A stretch of 64,000 nucleotides of DNA from Eledone cirrhosa (GCA_964016885.1 OZ024740.1:153326001-153390000), one strand, 5' to 3'; numbered from the stretch's first letter, positions 1 through 13,095 are shown. Numbers and translations: made by a program. Notes: a model not told the origin generated them from the letters alone.

Positions 1-2811
1 AAATGGGACTTCTGAAATTTGTAGTCCATTACTGTATCTTTGTGCATCTTTTGTAATGGAATATGATCTTTTGATGCTTTCGTGTTTCAAAACGAGTTTG
101 ATCATCCAATCATGTGATTCCCTTAGATATGTAGATAATCCAATTGTTGCAGTTTTCAACGCAATGTCTAACTGGATTAACCCACGTCCTCCTTCTTTCC
201 TAGGGAGATATATTCTATCTATATCTGCCTTAGGGTGATGCATTCTGTGCATGGTTAAGAATTTTCGAATTTTTGTATCGAGCCTACGGATCTCTGTGCT
301 TGACGAGTTGATGACATTGTAACTGTAGGTTACTACTGGTATGGCAAGCGTGTTTATGGCATCGATCCTATTCCTTGCATTCAATTCCGTTCTTAAGATT
401 GCTCTTACTCTGCGGTAACATTCCTTCCTTATCCTTTCCCTCATTATCGAGTGCTTGATTCCGTCTCCTTCACAAACACCTAGATATTTGTAAGTTTTTT
501 CTTGATCAAGTTCTCTTATCACGTTCCCCCGATCAAGATTAATGTCTGAACTCTTCAGCAGCTTTCCTCTGGTGAACGTTGCTTTGGCGCATTTATCTAG
601 TCCAAACTCCATTTTAATGTCATCACTGAACTGCTTCACAGTGGATAATAGCCCTTGCAATTGTTCATCATTTTTTGCAAATAGTTTCAGGTCATCCATG
701 TAGAACAGGTGATTAATGGTTTTGTCATAGACTTTATATCCATGTTTTGTTTCATTGAGCATTTTACTTAATGGTATAAGTGCGATGCAGAATAAAAGCG
801 GTGATAAAGAGTCACCCTGAAAAATTCCACAATTAATATTAACTTCTCCAGCTTCCAGTGATTTTGTTTCACTATTCAAAAGGAGTGTCGTTTTCCATGT
901 CTTCATACTGAATGACAAAAACCTCCTGACAACGGGGGATATTTTGAAAATCTCTAAACATTTTTCAATCCAACTGTGTGGCAAACTATCGAATGCTTTT
1001 TTATAATCTATCCAAGCAATCGATAGATTTTTGTGTCTATTATGACAATCTTCCAGTATCATTTTGTTAACCAGAAGCTGATCCTTACAGCCATATGAGC
1101 CTCGTTTACACCCTTTCTGCTCAATGGGAAATAGGTCATTTGTTATCAGGTGGTCATATGTGTATTCAGTTAGGACTGATGTTAAAATTTTATACATTGT
1201 GGTCAAGCAAGTGATCGGTCTGTAATTTTTGGGATTGTTTGTCTCATCATTCTTCGGAAGCAGGAATGTAATGCCGTTAACTAGCCATGAAGGTATCTTT
1301 TCTGGCTCCTTAACTATTTCATTGTAAAGTTGGGCTAACAGCTCATGAGACTCTGTGAAGGCATTTATCCAAAAGTTTTGTATTTTGTCTTTTCCTGGGG
1401 ATTTCCATTTGCTGGTTTTTCTTAGAGCCAAGCGCAACTGTTCAACTGTTATATTTTCCCACGTTTGTTCCTCAAGGTGAGCTGTATCTTTCATTTGTCT
1501 GTCTATCCATGGGGCATGTATGTTATGAACTTTTTCTTCGGCCCAGATCTTTTCCCAGAATTCTTGCACTTCCTCCTTGGGTGGTATTGATTTAGCAGTT
1601 ATTGTTGACTTACCAATTTTTCTGTAGAAGTTTCTTTGGTTGTTTTTGAACATATTATTGTCCTTATAGAATCTAGATCGTTTTTCAAAGCGCCTTATAC
1701 GGGCAGCTTTGGCCGACACTTTTTGTTTAACATGTTTGATAATTTCTATCAGCATGTCTATGTCACATTTTGATTTTATACTGTACTTTTTTTTCAATTT
1801 TCTAAGTTTAGTTTGTTTAACATGTTCACATACTTTATAGTTTGTTAACATTTCTATGTCAGATCGGAGAAGGTTTATTTGGCGATTGATGTTCTCTTGC
1901 CAAGTAGATTTCTTGTGGGAATTCCTTTGTTTTTTCATCTTCACTCCACATAAGTGAGTGGTGACTTTAGCCGCTGCATAATAGAGATGATTTAAATCAG
2001 TAATGTTTAGTTTGTTTGTGATGATAATGTTTTTGAGAATTATGTTAGTCTTGTGTATTATCTTTTGGTTCTGTTTGGAGTTCTGGATCTTAGGGAGGGT
2101 GTCTCGTTGCCCCATGTCAGATTCTTTCATTTTCATCCATTCGATCATAATTTCATTCTTCAAGTTGGCAAGTTCATTCTCATTCATTTCTTTATCATTT
2201 ACGATCTCATTATTTTCATTTGGAGTTTCATCCTGAGCATGCACTCCCTCCACTTTTTCGATCCTTTCTTTAATTTGTTCTGTTGCCAGTGATTCCGCCC
2301 CAACCCTGGGATTCGAAGTGTTACAGTTTACCTCGTTTTCACTGACACATGTTTCATTTTCCCTTCGCTGACTTTGTGCTAATAGCTTGATCTGATCAAT
2401 TTCTATATCAGTTAGTAACTTTTTTCTTACAATATTTCTTCGTATATTGGCTAGTTTGTTACTGTCAATATAGCCTCTTTTTTCGGGATGTTTCTTTTTC
2501 CAGTTGATATATGTCTGTTCTGTATTCGATGTATTTGATGGGTAGTACATGGCAGTGTAGAAAGCCTCAAGGACTTCTTTATTATCTTCCCTTGACCATT
2601 TTTCTCTCTTTTTCTTTGGATTTCTTGGTGGTGAGCATGGAGGGCCAACAGTAGGAGTATTCCGGTTATGGGAGGTCTCCAGCTCCGAAGTGATTGGAAG
2701 GTTTGAACCATTAGCTGATTTTTCGACCCCAGTCTGGTTCCTCTCTGAGGGACGCGGCCCTTTTTTACCCGGGTGACGGCCGATCCGGTATGAGGTTTTA
2801 TCATTAGACAT
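1..2811 (-). CDS. Retrotransposon polyprotein (reverse transcriptase), apparently open to the window edge
   Basis: ATG at 2811 (MSNDKTSYRIGRHPGKKG...) is in the same frame as YMDD at 691-702. The ORF track lists no stop-terminated ORF in this frame, consistent with >930 uninterrupted codons running off position 1. Confidence 0.7.
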   Translation of the reverse strand, partial: MSNDKTSYRIGRHPGKKGPRPSERNQTGVEKSANGSNLPITSELETSHNRNTPTVGPPCSPPRNPKKKREKWSREDNKEVLEAFYTAMYYPSNTSNTEQTYINWKKKHPEKRGYIDSNKLANIRRNIVRKKLLTDIEIDQIKLLAQSQRRENETCVSENEVNCNTSNPRVGAESLATEQIKERIEKVEGVHAQDETPNENNEIVNDKEMNENELANLKNEIMIEWMKMKESDMGQRDTLPKIQNSKQNQKIIHKTNIILKNIIITNKLNITDLNHLYYAAAKVTTHLCGVKMKKQRNSHKKSTWQENINRQINLLRSDIEMLTNYKVCEHVKQTKLRKLKKKYSIKSKCDIDMLIEIIKHVKQKVSAKAARIRRFEKRSRFYKDNNMFKNNQRNFYRKIGKSTITAKSIPPKEEVQEFWEKIWAEEKVHNIHAPWIDRQMKDTAHLEEQTWENITVEQLRLALRKTSKWKSPGKDKIQNFWINAFTESHELLAQLYNEIVKEPEKIPSWLVNGITFLLPKNDETNNPKNYRPITCLTTMYKILTSVLTEYTYDHLITNDLFPIEQKGCKRGSYGCKDQLLVNKMILEDCHNRHKNLSIAWIDYKKAFDSLPHSWIEKCLEIFKISPVVRRFLSFSMKTWKTTLLLNSETKSLEAGEVNINCGIFQGDSLSPLLFCIALIPLSKMLNETKHGYKVYDKTINHLFYMDDLKLFAKNDEQLQGLLSTVKQFSDDIKMEFGLDKCAKATFTRGKLLKSSDINLDRGNVIRELDQEKTYKYLGVCEGDGIKHSIMRERIRKECYRRVRAILRTELNARNRIDAINTLAIPVVTYSYNVINSSSTEIRRLDTKIRKFLTMHRMHHPKADIDRIYLPRKEGGRGLIQLDIALKTATIGLSTYLRESHDWMIKLVLKHESIKRSYSITKDAQRYSNGLQISEVPF

Positions 2812-2960
2812 TTACTTTATTTTGTCGCGTTTTATCCTTATCCGCCAAGGGGTAATCATTTCGTGTTACCACTTCTAGAACGAGTGTCAACCAAGACTAG
2901 AGGGGTCGTTCTCCCCTAGAGACACGGCTATTCCCCGCCGGCCGCCATCCCGGTATTTCT
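1..2960 (-). mobile_element. R4/Dong-like (RLE-type) non-LTR retrotransposon, 5' part; continues beyond window start
   Basis: Minus-strand RT motifs GIFQGDS (~805-830) and HLFYMDDLKLF (YMDD at 691-702). N-terminal KKREKWSREDNKEVLEAFY..WKKKHP region is typical of R4-clade ORFs. No APE domain seen. Confidence 0.85.
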
Positions 2961-3700
2961 TGGTCACGGGGTTTTCTTTTTGTTGTTTTTTTAAATTGTT
3001 ATTATCATGAGTGGTTCCTTAATGTGAGCATTGCGTGGCTTAAGAATGAAATTATTAATAATTGTCTCCACTCCAGGCACAAGGCCAGCAATCACCCAGT
3101 GCATTACAATAATATAATATACTTTTTGTTGTAGTTGGCTGTTATTGTTGTTGGCTATGTCGGTGGTGGTGTCGGGGCTTTTTATATTGTTGGTGTGGAA
3201 GGGGTGAGCCAGCAGTCCCATAGTTGTTGACGTTTGGCCGGCGGCCAGGTCACTAAGTCAATCTATTTATATCTTTTGCTAGCCTCTCCCTTGTCTAGTG
3301 ATACCGCCACCTTCCCCTTTCTCTCTCAAGTTAACAGGGGAATAGTGGTGGTAGCATTGAAGGAGTGGTGGCGGCGACGATGGGATAGTGGTAGCAATGA
3401 TGGATGGGGTGGGGTGGTAGTATCTATGAGTTTGTGTTCGTATGTTTAATATATATTTTTATTATATTTTGTGTTGACATATTCCCGTAAAATTGGAATT
3501 AAACATTTTTTTTTAAATTTGAGACAATAATAATAGTAATTCTATAATAGTAATTCTATAATGTGGTGGCAGCAGCCAGCGGGGAGATGTGGGAGACAGT
3601 AGCGGCGGTATCGATACTGAGACAGTGGTGGTGGTGATGTCGATACCGAGGCAGTGGTGGTGGTGATGTGATCGTATTACTGTAGTGATGATGTTGTATT

Positions 3701-3732
<32 letters not shown>

Positions 3733-3791
3733 AATTTATCGCTCTACATCGCTGAATACAATAAATGTAATCTGAGTTTTTCGAATATTAA

Positions 3792-3980
3792 TAATTGTTT
3801 ATACTTTAGGCACAAGGCCAGCAATTATCCAGTGCATTACTGGTACTTTATTTTATCGACCTCGTAAGGATGAAAGGCAAAGTTAACCTCGGCGGGATTT
3901 GAACTCAGATCGTAAAGGGACGTAACTATGCTGGAAAGCATGGCGTCCGACGCTCTACCGATACTGCCAATCCACCGCCT
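3792..3980 (-). mobile_element. tRNA-derived SINE (~190 bp), octopod-like family
   Basis: Reverse complement has A-box-like tggcagtatcggt, B-box gagttcaaatccc, core gcctttcatcctt..ggtcgataaaataaagtacc and an AT-rich tail. At least 12 copies in the window. Confidence 0.8.
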
Positions 3981-4574
3981 TTTCGAATATTAATAATAAT
4001 ATTCGATTCATTTGCAATTATGCAAACAACCTCATTTTTAAAGCCATGTAGTAGAATGAGCCCCTGATGATGGGTGATACCCAGAAACATTAGTGTCTGC
4101 AGTTCTGTTGACATTCCAACACAAGAGCAAGAATAAGGGACACATTCTACTGACATGTCTTTAAAAATGAGGCTGTCTGCATAATTGCAAACGAATCGAA
4201 TATTGTTATTAATATTCGAAAAACTCAGATTACATTTATTGTATTCAGCCATGTAGAGCGATATGCAAATCTGGCTGATCAGTGGATCTGTTAATATGCA
4301 GATCTGACTGATCAGCCAGTCTGCTAATATGCAAATCAGGCTGATCATTCACTGTATATTTTAGAAAATATCATATATTTTCTCTAGCTCTGACAGTTGG
4401 CAGGTGAACAGTGAACTGTACTGGTGAAGGGTGATACCCAGAAACATTAGTGTCAGCAGTTCTGTTTACATGCCAACATAAGAGCAATGATGAGGGGTTC
4501 ATTCTACTAACATGGCTTTAAAAATGAGGCTGTTTGCATAATTGCAAACGAATCGAATATTATTATTAATATTG

Positions 4575-4765
4575 TGAGTGATTTGGCAGTATCGGTGGAG
4601 GGTTTGACACCATGCTTTGCAGCTAAGAGTAACGGCCCTTTATGATCTGAGTTCTTCAAATCCCACCGAGGTTAACTTTGCCCTTCATCCTTCCAGGTCG
4701 ATAAAATAAAGTAACAGTAATGCACTAGGTTATTGCTGGCCTTGTGCCAAAAGTAGAAACAATTA
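4575..4765 (+). mobile_element. tRNA-derived SINE, same family
   Basis: ttggcagtatcggt...tcaaatcccaccgaggttaactttgcccttcatccttccaggtcgataaaataaag. Confidence 0.75.
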
Positions 4766-4788
4766 TTAATATTCGTAAAACTCAGATT

Positions 4789-4851
<63 letters not shown>

Positions 4852-5016
4852 TAATCAAGGTTTAGCAAATATGAAAAAGTTTTAAAATAAAATTGGCTCG
4901 TTAATTTATTAACCTGCCATAGAACCACATTGGCATATGGTTGGATAATACATGTGTCCCTATATGTATTTTGCGTGTAGGGATATATAATTTATTATTA
5001 TATATAAATATATATA

Positions 5017-5853
5017 GAAGTGGTTACACAACAGTTAGTTTACCATACCGAGAACAATTGTTTCACCTTAGCGGATCCTCAGCTCGTAATGGACATGGTT
5101 ATACGGGACAGGAAGGACAACCGTACGAATGCGCATGTGCAGAAACGATCACTTCACACAGGCAATACTAAAATGCGTGCGAGAGGTGTAAAGGAGATAA
5201 CTGCGAACGTCCGAAAAATTTCTAGTTGATAAGAAAATTAAGATGTTGTTTTAATTCAATCCGGAGCTTTGTAGTTACGTAAGAGGTGTTTCGAGACGTG
5301 TGGACAACATGTGAAGAACTCAATCTCGTGTTTAGGCAATCGCTATTGCATAATCTCTTTAGAATATTTATTCGTTCATCAATACATAGTCCACACGACG
5401 GATTTCCCCTTGCGTTTGGCTTGGACTTAGTGATGGCTTTCCATTGAATGGAGTAGTCTATACTTGAGTCCTTGAGGGACCATACGTAGCTCGCGAGTTT
5501 CGTGGATGAACGTCTGTCCGGGTACCTAAAGGTTGACTGGTGGTTCAGGAAGCGTTCCTTAAACCGGCCCTCTGCCATACCCACATAGGATTTGACCTCC
5601 TGTGGTTGATTTGGTCGGTTGCAAGTGACCACAGCTTCATAAACTACAGCGGGTGTGTTGCATTGCTGTTGAAGGGGACAAGCTTCGGGCTTACGGCAAG
5701 AATACCCTGGTGGGGTGTTTCTCTTAGGGCTGTTGGTGATGTGAGCCTTCATGCTCTTAGCGCAGGAGTATCCTAGTTTTACTTTGTGTCGGTTAAAGAT
5801 AGAGCTGTATTTATGACCTATGGAAAAGTGTCTATCTAAGTGGGCTAGAATTT
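5017..5853 (-). mobile_element. Penelope-like element 3' fragment (GIY-YIG endonuclease plus terminal repeat)
   Basis: ORF 5222-5752: CPLQQQCNTPAVVYEA...SYVGMAEGRFKERFLNHQSTF...CGLC, a GIY-YIG pattern of PLEs. Terminal segment carries a hammerhead motif. Confidence 0.8.
5046..5088 (-). ncRNA. Minimal type I hammerhead ribozyme motif (further copies at 33187-33229 and 59812-59854; truncated at ~11150 and ~22920)
   Basis: Reverse complement cgag-CUGAGGA-uccgcuaaggu-GAAA-caauug-UU-cucg: stem I cgag/cucg, palindromic stem III CAAUUG. Confidence 0.7.
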
Positions 5854-5854
5854 T

Positions 5855-6310
5855 TTAAGTTTTTATGAAGCACATGCCTCGCATGATATGGGACATGTTA
5901 TGCGATACATGATATTGCTGACAAATCCCTAGCAAGACTAAAAGGCCGCGTCCGTAATGCTCATGCCTAAGTATCAAGCGATGGAAATACTCCTTAGTTA
6001 GGAAGCTGCAGTAGAGTTCATTGATAGAACTGTAGAAATATGTAAAACATTCAAACACTATACGTGTAATAACTGTATATACAGATGTATAGAGACAGAA
6101 ACATCTGCACGTGTACACATATAACTCAAAATATGAAACTCAACACATAAAATAACACCCATACCTGCACACACACACACACACGCACACACACACACAC
6201 ACACTCACTCAATCACACTAACACATACATATCTACTGAGTTGATGTGTAAATTCCAATGAAAGTGACTTGTGACTATGTTAGAAACCAGCTCTATTGGT
6301 GAAAATTTAT
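5855..6310 (+). mobile_element. 3' remnant of an R4/Dong-like LINE
   Basis: Degenerate similarity to the ORF end and 3' UTR (gttgatgtgtaaattccaatga...tatgttagaaacc) of the element at 40800-41120. Confidence 0.6.
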
Positions 6311-6314
6311 AAAA

Positions 6315-6708
6315 TAACTGTTTCTACTATTGGCACAGGTCAGCAATTTCCCTAATGCATTACTGCTGCTTTATTTTATCGACCCCGTAAAGATGAAAGG
6401 CAAAGTTAACCCAGCGGGATTTGAATTCGGAACGTAAAGGGCCATAACTCTATGCTGCAAAGCAGTGCCTGACGCTCTACCTATACTGCCAGCCCACTGC
6501 TCTTTAAAACATTATAAAATAATTGTTTCTACTTTTGGCACAAGGCCAGAAATTACTCAGTACATTACTGGTACTTTATTTTATCGACCCCGTAAGGATG
6601 AAAGGCAAAGTTAACCTTGGCGAGATTTGAACTCAGACCATAAAGGGCCGTAACTCTTTGCTGCAAAGCATGGCATCCGACTCTCTACTGATACTGCCAA
6701 TCCACCGC
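6315..6708 (-). mobile_element. Two head-to-tail tRNA-derived SINE copies
   Basis: Two consecutive matches to the 3792-3980 SINE. Confidence 0.75.
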
Positions 6709-6816
6709 TAAAAATTTATAAAATGATGAAACCAGAACATACATACACACACATGCATACATGCATATATATATACGTACATTCATGCACATGCATACAT
6801 ACATACATACATACAT

Positions 6817-7400
6817 GATGGCTGCCCCCTCGATATCGAGTATGGCCATCGCACGATATATCATTATTAATAATTATTAATTAATGCTATCGTGCAATGC
6901 CTGTGCATGAAGATATTTTTTAAAGTGAGGAAAGACTGTGTACTGAGCCAATCCCACTCTCTGAGCGACAGTAGCTGTAACCCGAAAAGAAGAAAAGATC
7001 AACATCATCGGTAACTACTGAGCCGCAGGTTTTATATGGGAGTTATCCCAGTTTCCTGAGTTGCCTTCTGACAAAGGCTAGGGGTCCTTCACTCCCAGTG
7101 GTTTAACAGCGCGATCGGGTATCCAGCCTGACTATTTCTATATCCCCGTGCATATACATATATACACATACATATATACATGTGTATATACATATTCACA
7201 CACTTTTTAGATGGCCGTTGACTCTCATGAGTTCTTCCTCCCTTTGTCAGGTTTTGTTTTTTGTCCTGCAGGGTGTCCAAAATCACCCTCCTCACCAAGT
7301 AAACTTGGTGAGGTTGCCGGTTTAGTCGCCGACGACCCGACCATGCGAGAGGTTGTACTGGGTTACTTGTTACCAGTAGCACTCAAGAGTAACCCGACAT
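6817..7400 (-). mobile_element. Non-autonomous RTE-related repeat in (TACA)n (partial duplicate at 7848-8242)
   Basis: Shares gggtgtccaaaatcaccctcctcacc...ttgttaccagtagca with 43080-43685 and 44322-44862, which encode a C2H2 remnant. RTE assignment is by resemblance only. Confidence 0.45.
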
Positions 7401-7691
7401 AATACATACATACATGCATACATACACACATTCATATATATACATACATACATACACACATACACACATACATACAAAGATACATACAGACATGTATACA
7501 GTACTTATCTGGTAAGTATCTAATCATTAAAAAGTTGACTCCGGCGATATTGGAACATAGCTATTTCCCCCATGCTATCTATTCCAGTGTCCTACAGATT
7601 CTACCACCTTTATTAAAGATATACTTCCTATTACTAATTATACGCTGTCTTTGTTTCCAAAAATAACTCTTAGTATTTCTTCCAAATCTAG

Positions 7692-7733
7692 TTTTTAAGA
7701 GGAGTGCACCCGCTATTGCTGCAATTTCAAAGG
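7692..7733 (+). CDS. Candidate micro-exon A1 (42 nt, phase 1-1): xFKRSAPAIAAISK
   Basis: tttcttccaaatctAG | 42 nt | GTAAGT; member of the 9-copy family. Confidence 0.75.
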
Positions 7734-7749
7734 GTAAGTTGCTCCCCCC

Positions 7750-7844
<95 letters not shown>

Positions 7845-8542
7845 AATACTGAGCCGCATGTTTTATATCGTAGTTATCCCAGTTTCCTGAGTTGCCTTCT
7901 AGAAGAATGCCCTGACAAAGGCTAGGGGTCCTTCACACCCAGTGGTTTAACAGCGCGATCGGGTATCCAGCCTGACTATTTCTATATCCCCGTGCATATA
8001 CATATATACACATACATATATACATGTGTATATACATATTTGCACATTTTTAGATGGCCGTTGACTCTCATGAGTTCTTCCTCCCTTTGTCAGGTTTTGT
8101 TTTTTGTCCTGCAGGGTGTCCAAAATCACCCTCCTCACCAAGTAAACTTGGTGAGGTTGCCCGTTTAGTCGCCGACGACCCGACCATGCGAGAGGTTGTA
8201 CTGGGTTACTTGTTACCAGTAGCACTCAAGAGTGACCCGACATAATACATACATACATGCATACATACACACATACATATACATACATACACACATACAC
8301 ACATACACACATACACACATACATACAAAGATACATACAGACATATATACAGTACTTATGTGGTAAGTATCTAATCATTAAAAAGTTGACTCCGGCGATA
8401 TTGGAACATAGCTATTTCCCCCATGCTATCTATTCCAGTGTCCTACAGGTTCTACCACCTTTATTAAAGATATACTTCCTATTACTAATTATACGTTGTC
8501 TTTGTTTCCAAAAATAACTCTTAGTATTTCTTCCAAATCTAG

Positions 8543-8584
8543 TTTTTAAGAGGAGTGCACCCGCTATTGCTGGAATTTCAAAGG
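8543..8584 (+). CDS. Candidate micro-exon A2 (42 nt): xFKRSAPAIAGISK
   Basis: tttcttccaaatctAG | 42 nt | GTAAGT; one non-synonymous difference from A1. Confidence 0.75.
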
Positions 8585-8591
8585 GTAAGTT

Positions 8592-8803
<212 letters not shown>

Positions 8804-9673
8804 CTTACACATACATACATATATACTCCGTATCACATTTGAAAAGGGGGTTATACATCTGAAATATAGTGTGTAAACCATTACTTTGTTCCGTCGTTTA
8901 TTTGTCCTGTTTTGCCCTATATTTCTACAGGGTTGTACCGATTGTTTTAATCTTCTCTGTCGTGTATTACACACACACACACACACACAGTAATATATTA
9001 TATATATATTTAGCATGGCAATAAAGTCCTTAGAATTACCATTTAAATGAAAATACACATGTGTTGTTTCACTATAATTCTTTTCACTCAATTTCGTTCC
9101 ACTTCAAGAATCTCAGAAGCCCCAGTCGGATTTATTATATATACATATATTGTTTTTCTTACAAACTAATGTCACCATCGTTTAGCCCTAAAATACATTA
9201 TCTCTCCCCACACTTTCACATATAGACCGATTAACTTGCAATAGCGTGAAGCTCCTAGTCATGATAGCGATGATCATTGATGTTAACAGCTTCCTTGGGT
9301 GTGAGGTGAACATATGGCCAGCCAGTTTAGAAAGGAGATTGAATAATATCTCTATGTTCAAGAACCATTGAAATATGAGTGGAGTGCCATACAAACCCAA
9401 TCCAGTTGAGACGCAGAAAGACGAAACCAATCCACCCACTTTCCAAAATGTTCCTCTTCTCGTGATTTCTAAGCTTTTGTCAACGTATAATAATTTTAAG
9501 TATATGTACACAGACACATATTTTGAAGCATGGCTTGTATTTATTTTTCCTCGGAAGAATGAAACCTAAACTGGAATGTAACAAAATAACACACACTATA
9601 CAGTATTCTCGTGATATTACAGCTGCCATTAAAGGAATACTTCTTAATAAATATCATGTCTTCGTTTTCGCAG

Positions 9674-9733
9674 ATATACCATTAATTCCAATTGCTGAGA
9701 AAAATGGAAATTTTGAAATTATAGCTGGAAATC
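9674..9733 (+). CDS. Candidate micro-exon B1 (60 nt, phase 1-1): xIPLIPIAEKNGNFEIIAGN
   Basis: tcttcgttttcgcAG | 60 nt | GTGAGT; the other two frames contain stops. Confidence 0.8.
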
Positions 9734-9752
9734 GTGAGTTATTGTATAATTT

Positions 9753-9851
<99 letters not shown>

Positions 9852-9862
9852 ATCTCTCATCC

Positions 9863-9914
<52 letters not shown>

Positions 9915-10265
9915 ATAATAATAAATTTGAAGACTAGAATCCAAAGAGGGCTCGATAATGATAAATATATAACAAATATATAAGATCCCGTTAAGGGTGA
10001 AAGCAGCGATTCTTTGTTTAAACTTTAATCTGTTATTTTAATATATAGATATAGCTATATATATAAAGGATATAAAGCAATCTTCTGAAACTGAGAAGAT
10101 CCCCTTAAGTGTGAAAGCAGCGATTTTCTGCTGAAACTTCAATCTGTTATTTTAATAAATATTTGCTCTACGGTTTCTATATATTTTTATATATATCGAG
10201 CCCTCTTCGGATTTTAATCTTCACATTTATTATTACAATATAATATATATATGTAAATATATATA

Positions 10266-10326
<61 letters not shown>

Positions 10327-10466
10327 ACATAACAGATTAAAGTTTAAGAAAAGAATCGCTGCTTTCACCCTTAACGGGATCTTCTGATATATATATATAT
10401 ATATTTCGTTTCTGAATTTGTTTAGAAAGATTCTTTATCTGAAAACCTGTGTTGAAACCGATATTG

Positions 10467-10998
10467 TTATGCTTTGGGAGGGTCATGTTGCCAATAAGAA
10501 ACACACGCACCATATGTTTTCACTCCAATTTACTATAAATTAAATTTATAAATTTATGAATTTATAAATTTCCAGTTGGTTGGTTGGTTCCACAACCGGA
10601 CGATTGTTCATAAATTGTCAAAGTTCTTTCGTCACACATTATGTGACCTCTTCAGTGATTGTCTGTCTGGGTGTGTTTATATTTGTTTAAATAAACAAAT
10701 ATAAACACACATAGCCACCCGGATATAAAACATGAGCAAACTAAGCACACACACACAAAAACAAGATGGCGTAGGTCAGAACAAAGGAGAGGCACAAAAA
10801 CAAAGAAAAGAATCTCCAGTCATTGAAGAGGTCACAGAATGTGTGACGAAAGAACTTTGACAATATATGAACAATCTTTCGGTTGTGGAACAAACCAACC
10901 AACCGGAAATTTATAAATTCTTAAATTTATAATAAATTGGAGTGAAAGCAACTGGTCCGTGTGTTTCTTATTGGCAACATGACCCTCCCAAAGCATAA
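10467..10998. repeat. ~190-bp inverted repeat pair, each arm with a hammerhead motif (Penelope terminal-repeat-like)
   Basis: 10467-10660 is the reverse complement of 10818-10998. Motif tca-CUGAAGA-ggucac..gugac-GAAA-gaacUU-uga on minus 10617-10659; plus copy 10819-10861 has UUGAAGA. Confidence 0.65.
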
Positions 10999-11003
10999 TA
11001 ATA

Positions 11004-11040
<37 letters not shown>

Positions 11041-11227
11041 TCCAGAAATAGCCGTCAAAACGGCTTGAGCTCTGTCGTCGGGGGCATACTTTTATCCTAT
11101 ATATATATATATATATAAATGGTAACACAACAGTTAGTTCACCATAACGAGAACAATTGTTTCACCTTAGCGGATCCTCAGGAGTCAGGATGGCTGAGTA
11201 GTCTAAGGCGCTGCGTTCAGGTCGCAG

Positions 11228-11357
<130 letters not shown>

Positions 11358-11488
11358 GAGAGAGAGAGAAAGAAAAGGGAGTTATACATCTGAAATATAG
11401 TGTGTTAAAAGTTACTCTATTCTATCATTTATTTGTCCTGTTTTGCCCTATATTTCTACACACACACAGGCACACACACACACACACG

Positions 11489-11557
<69 letters not shown>

Positions 11558-11558
<1 letters not shown>

Positions 11559-12273
11559 CGTGGCATAAAGGCCTAGAATAACCCTTTAAATGAAAATGCA
11601 CAATATATTGGAACTAACATTTACTTTTTCTGCAAAACATAATCTCCATGAATGCAATAACATCTTTACAGAGCTTATGCAAAGCATTTAACTCTTTCTG
11701 GAACTCTTCCTCCGGCAATTGTCGGAATCAGTGCAACGATTCATCTATTACCTCTTCTAATGAAGCGAAAACAAATTTTCTTTGTTTCTTCCAGTAACAT
11801 GTCCAATGCAACGAAATGATTCTTTTTGTTCTGCATCAATGATACTTTGAATGAGTTGAACGTTCGTATGAATAGTGGTTGTGCAAGGATGGCCAGAACG
11901 AGGGGCATCAATAAGTGATGATCTACTGCCATCTTTGAATTGTTTCACCCAATGATAGATGGTTGAATTTGATGGAACGTTGTTAATTCCACTCTCCTTC
12001 AATTGTGCAATAATATTTGTTGCTGATTTGCCTCGTTTCCATTTAATGAAAACGCATGCTCTAAAATATTCTTGGCTTAATTCGATGCATGTATTATAAA
12101 CTCACAAGAATGACAACAAAATAATTATGCATGGGGTTGTGACAAAATACAGCATTCATACAGAATATCACACGTGTACAACAAAGTTCAAATTCCAACT
12201 AATATTAACTACATTTACTGCTATATACGAAACACAGTCTGCTATTCTAAATACCTTATTGCCACGCCAAGTA
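11558..12273 (-). mobile_element. Internally deleted mariner-like DNA transposon
   Basis: Imperfect TIRs (cgtggca.taaag..ctagaata / tattctaaataccttattgccacg), TA ends, HTH remnant STIYHWVKQFKDG..DAPRSG; catalytic domain absent. Confidence 0.8.
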
Positions 12274-12706
12274 CATCTTGTTGTTGAGTTCCTTCTGTTC
12301 TTACGGAGAGCATTAAGTAAGTTTCGTCGTTTCAGTAACAATTTCGAATAATGGAGCTGAAGTTGCTGTACTCCTGCTCCATCCCTTCTCCCTTCTCAAT
12401 TTATATATTTATCTAGGATATAATATAGCAATAAGAAAACACCGAAGACAAGTTATCTTATATCTTTTGTTCACATACACACATACATACAAAGATACAT
12501 ACAGACATGTATACAGTACTTATCTGGTAAGTATCTAATCATTAAAAAGTTGACTCCGGCGATATTGGAACATAGCTATTTCCCCCATGCTATCTATTCC
12601 AGTGTCCTACAGATTCTACCACCTTTATTAAAGATATACTTCCTATTACTAATTATACGCTGTCTTTGTTTCCAAAAATAACTCTTAGTATTTCTTCCGA
12701 ATCTAG

Positions 12707-12748
12707 CTGTTACCAGTACTGAACCCACTATTGTTGGATTTCCAGAGC
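12707..12748 (+). CDS. Candidate micro-exon A3 (42 nt): xVTSTEPTIVGFPE
   Basis: tttcttccgaatctAG | 42 nt | GTAAGT. Confidence 0.8.
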
Positions 12749-12956
12749 GTAAGTTGCTCCCCCCTCTCTCTCTCTTTCTATATATATACTTACACATACA
12801 TACATATATATTCCGTATCACATTTGAAAAGGGGGTTATACATCTGAAATATAGTGTGTATAACATTACTTTGTTCTGTCTTTTATTTGTCCTGTTTCGC
12901 CTTTTACATATTTCTACTGAGTTGTAGCGATTTACTAAATCTTATCTGTCATTTGT

Positions 12957-13089
<133 letters not shown>

Positions 13090-13095
13090 TTATAT

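Noticed and set aside
3792-3980. tRNA gene suggested by A/B boxes
   Set aside because: No cloverleaf; it is the head of a multi-copy SINE.
7490-7520. Strong donor-like ctgGTAAGT ~180 nt upstream of several A exons
   Set aside because: Nearby AGs give 10, 22 or 32 nt (not frame-preserving), there is no good pyrimidine tract, and the motif is lost in the 45570 copy. A relic exon cannot be excluded.
8900-8970. Acceptor-like tttctacAG downstream of A2
   Set aside because: AG not conserved in paralogous copies (12915, 23195, 28190) and no matching donor.
9523-9912. Recurrent ORF MKHGLYLFFLGRMKPK... (also 32723, 49332, 59320) as a single-exon gene family
   Set aside because: Begins at TTG, runs into microsatellite and is frameshifted in the ~20850 copy. 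Only the 60-nt AG/GT-bounded part shows a coding-type substitution pattern.
9965-10390. Repeat family with AGAAGA-tcccgttaagggt-GAAA (also ~22510, ~32150) as hammerheads
   Set aside because: Core lacks the required CUGA/UUGA and the cleavage triplet is not NUH; at best decayed.
12285-12325. Possible 6-8 nt exon before taaGTAAGT right of each mariner copy
   Set aside because: Acceptor (GAG) is weak and there is no diagnostic divergence pattern; unsupported without RNA data.
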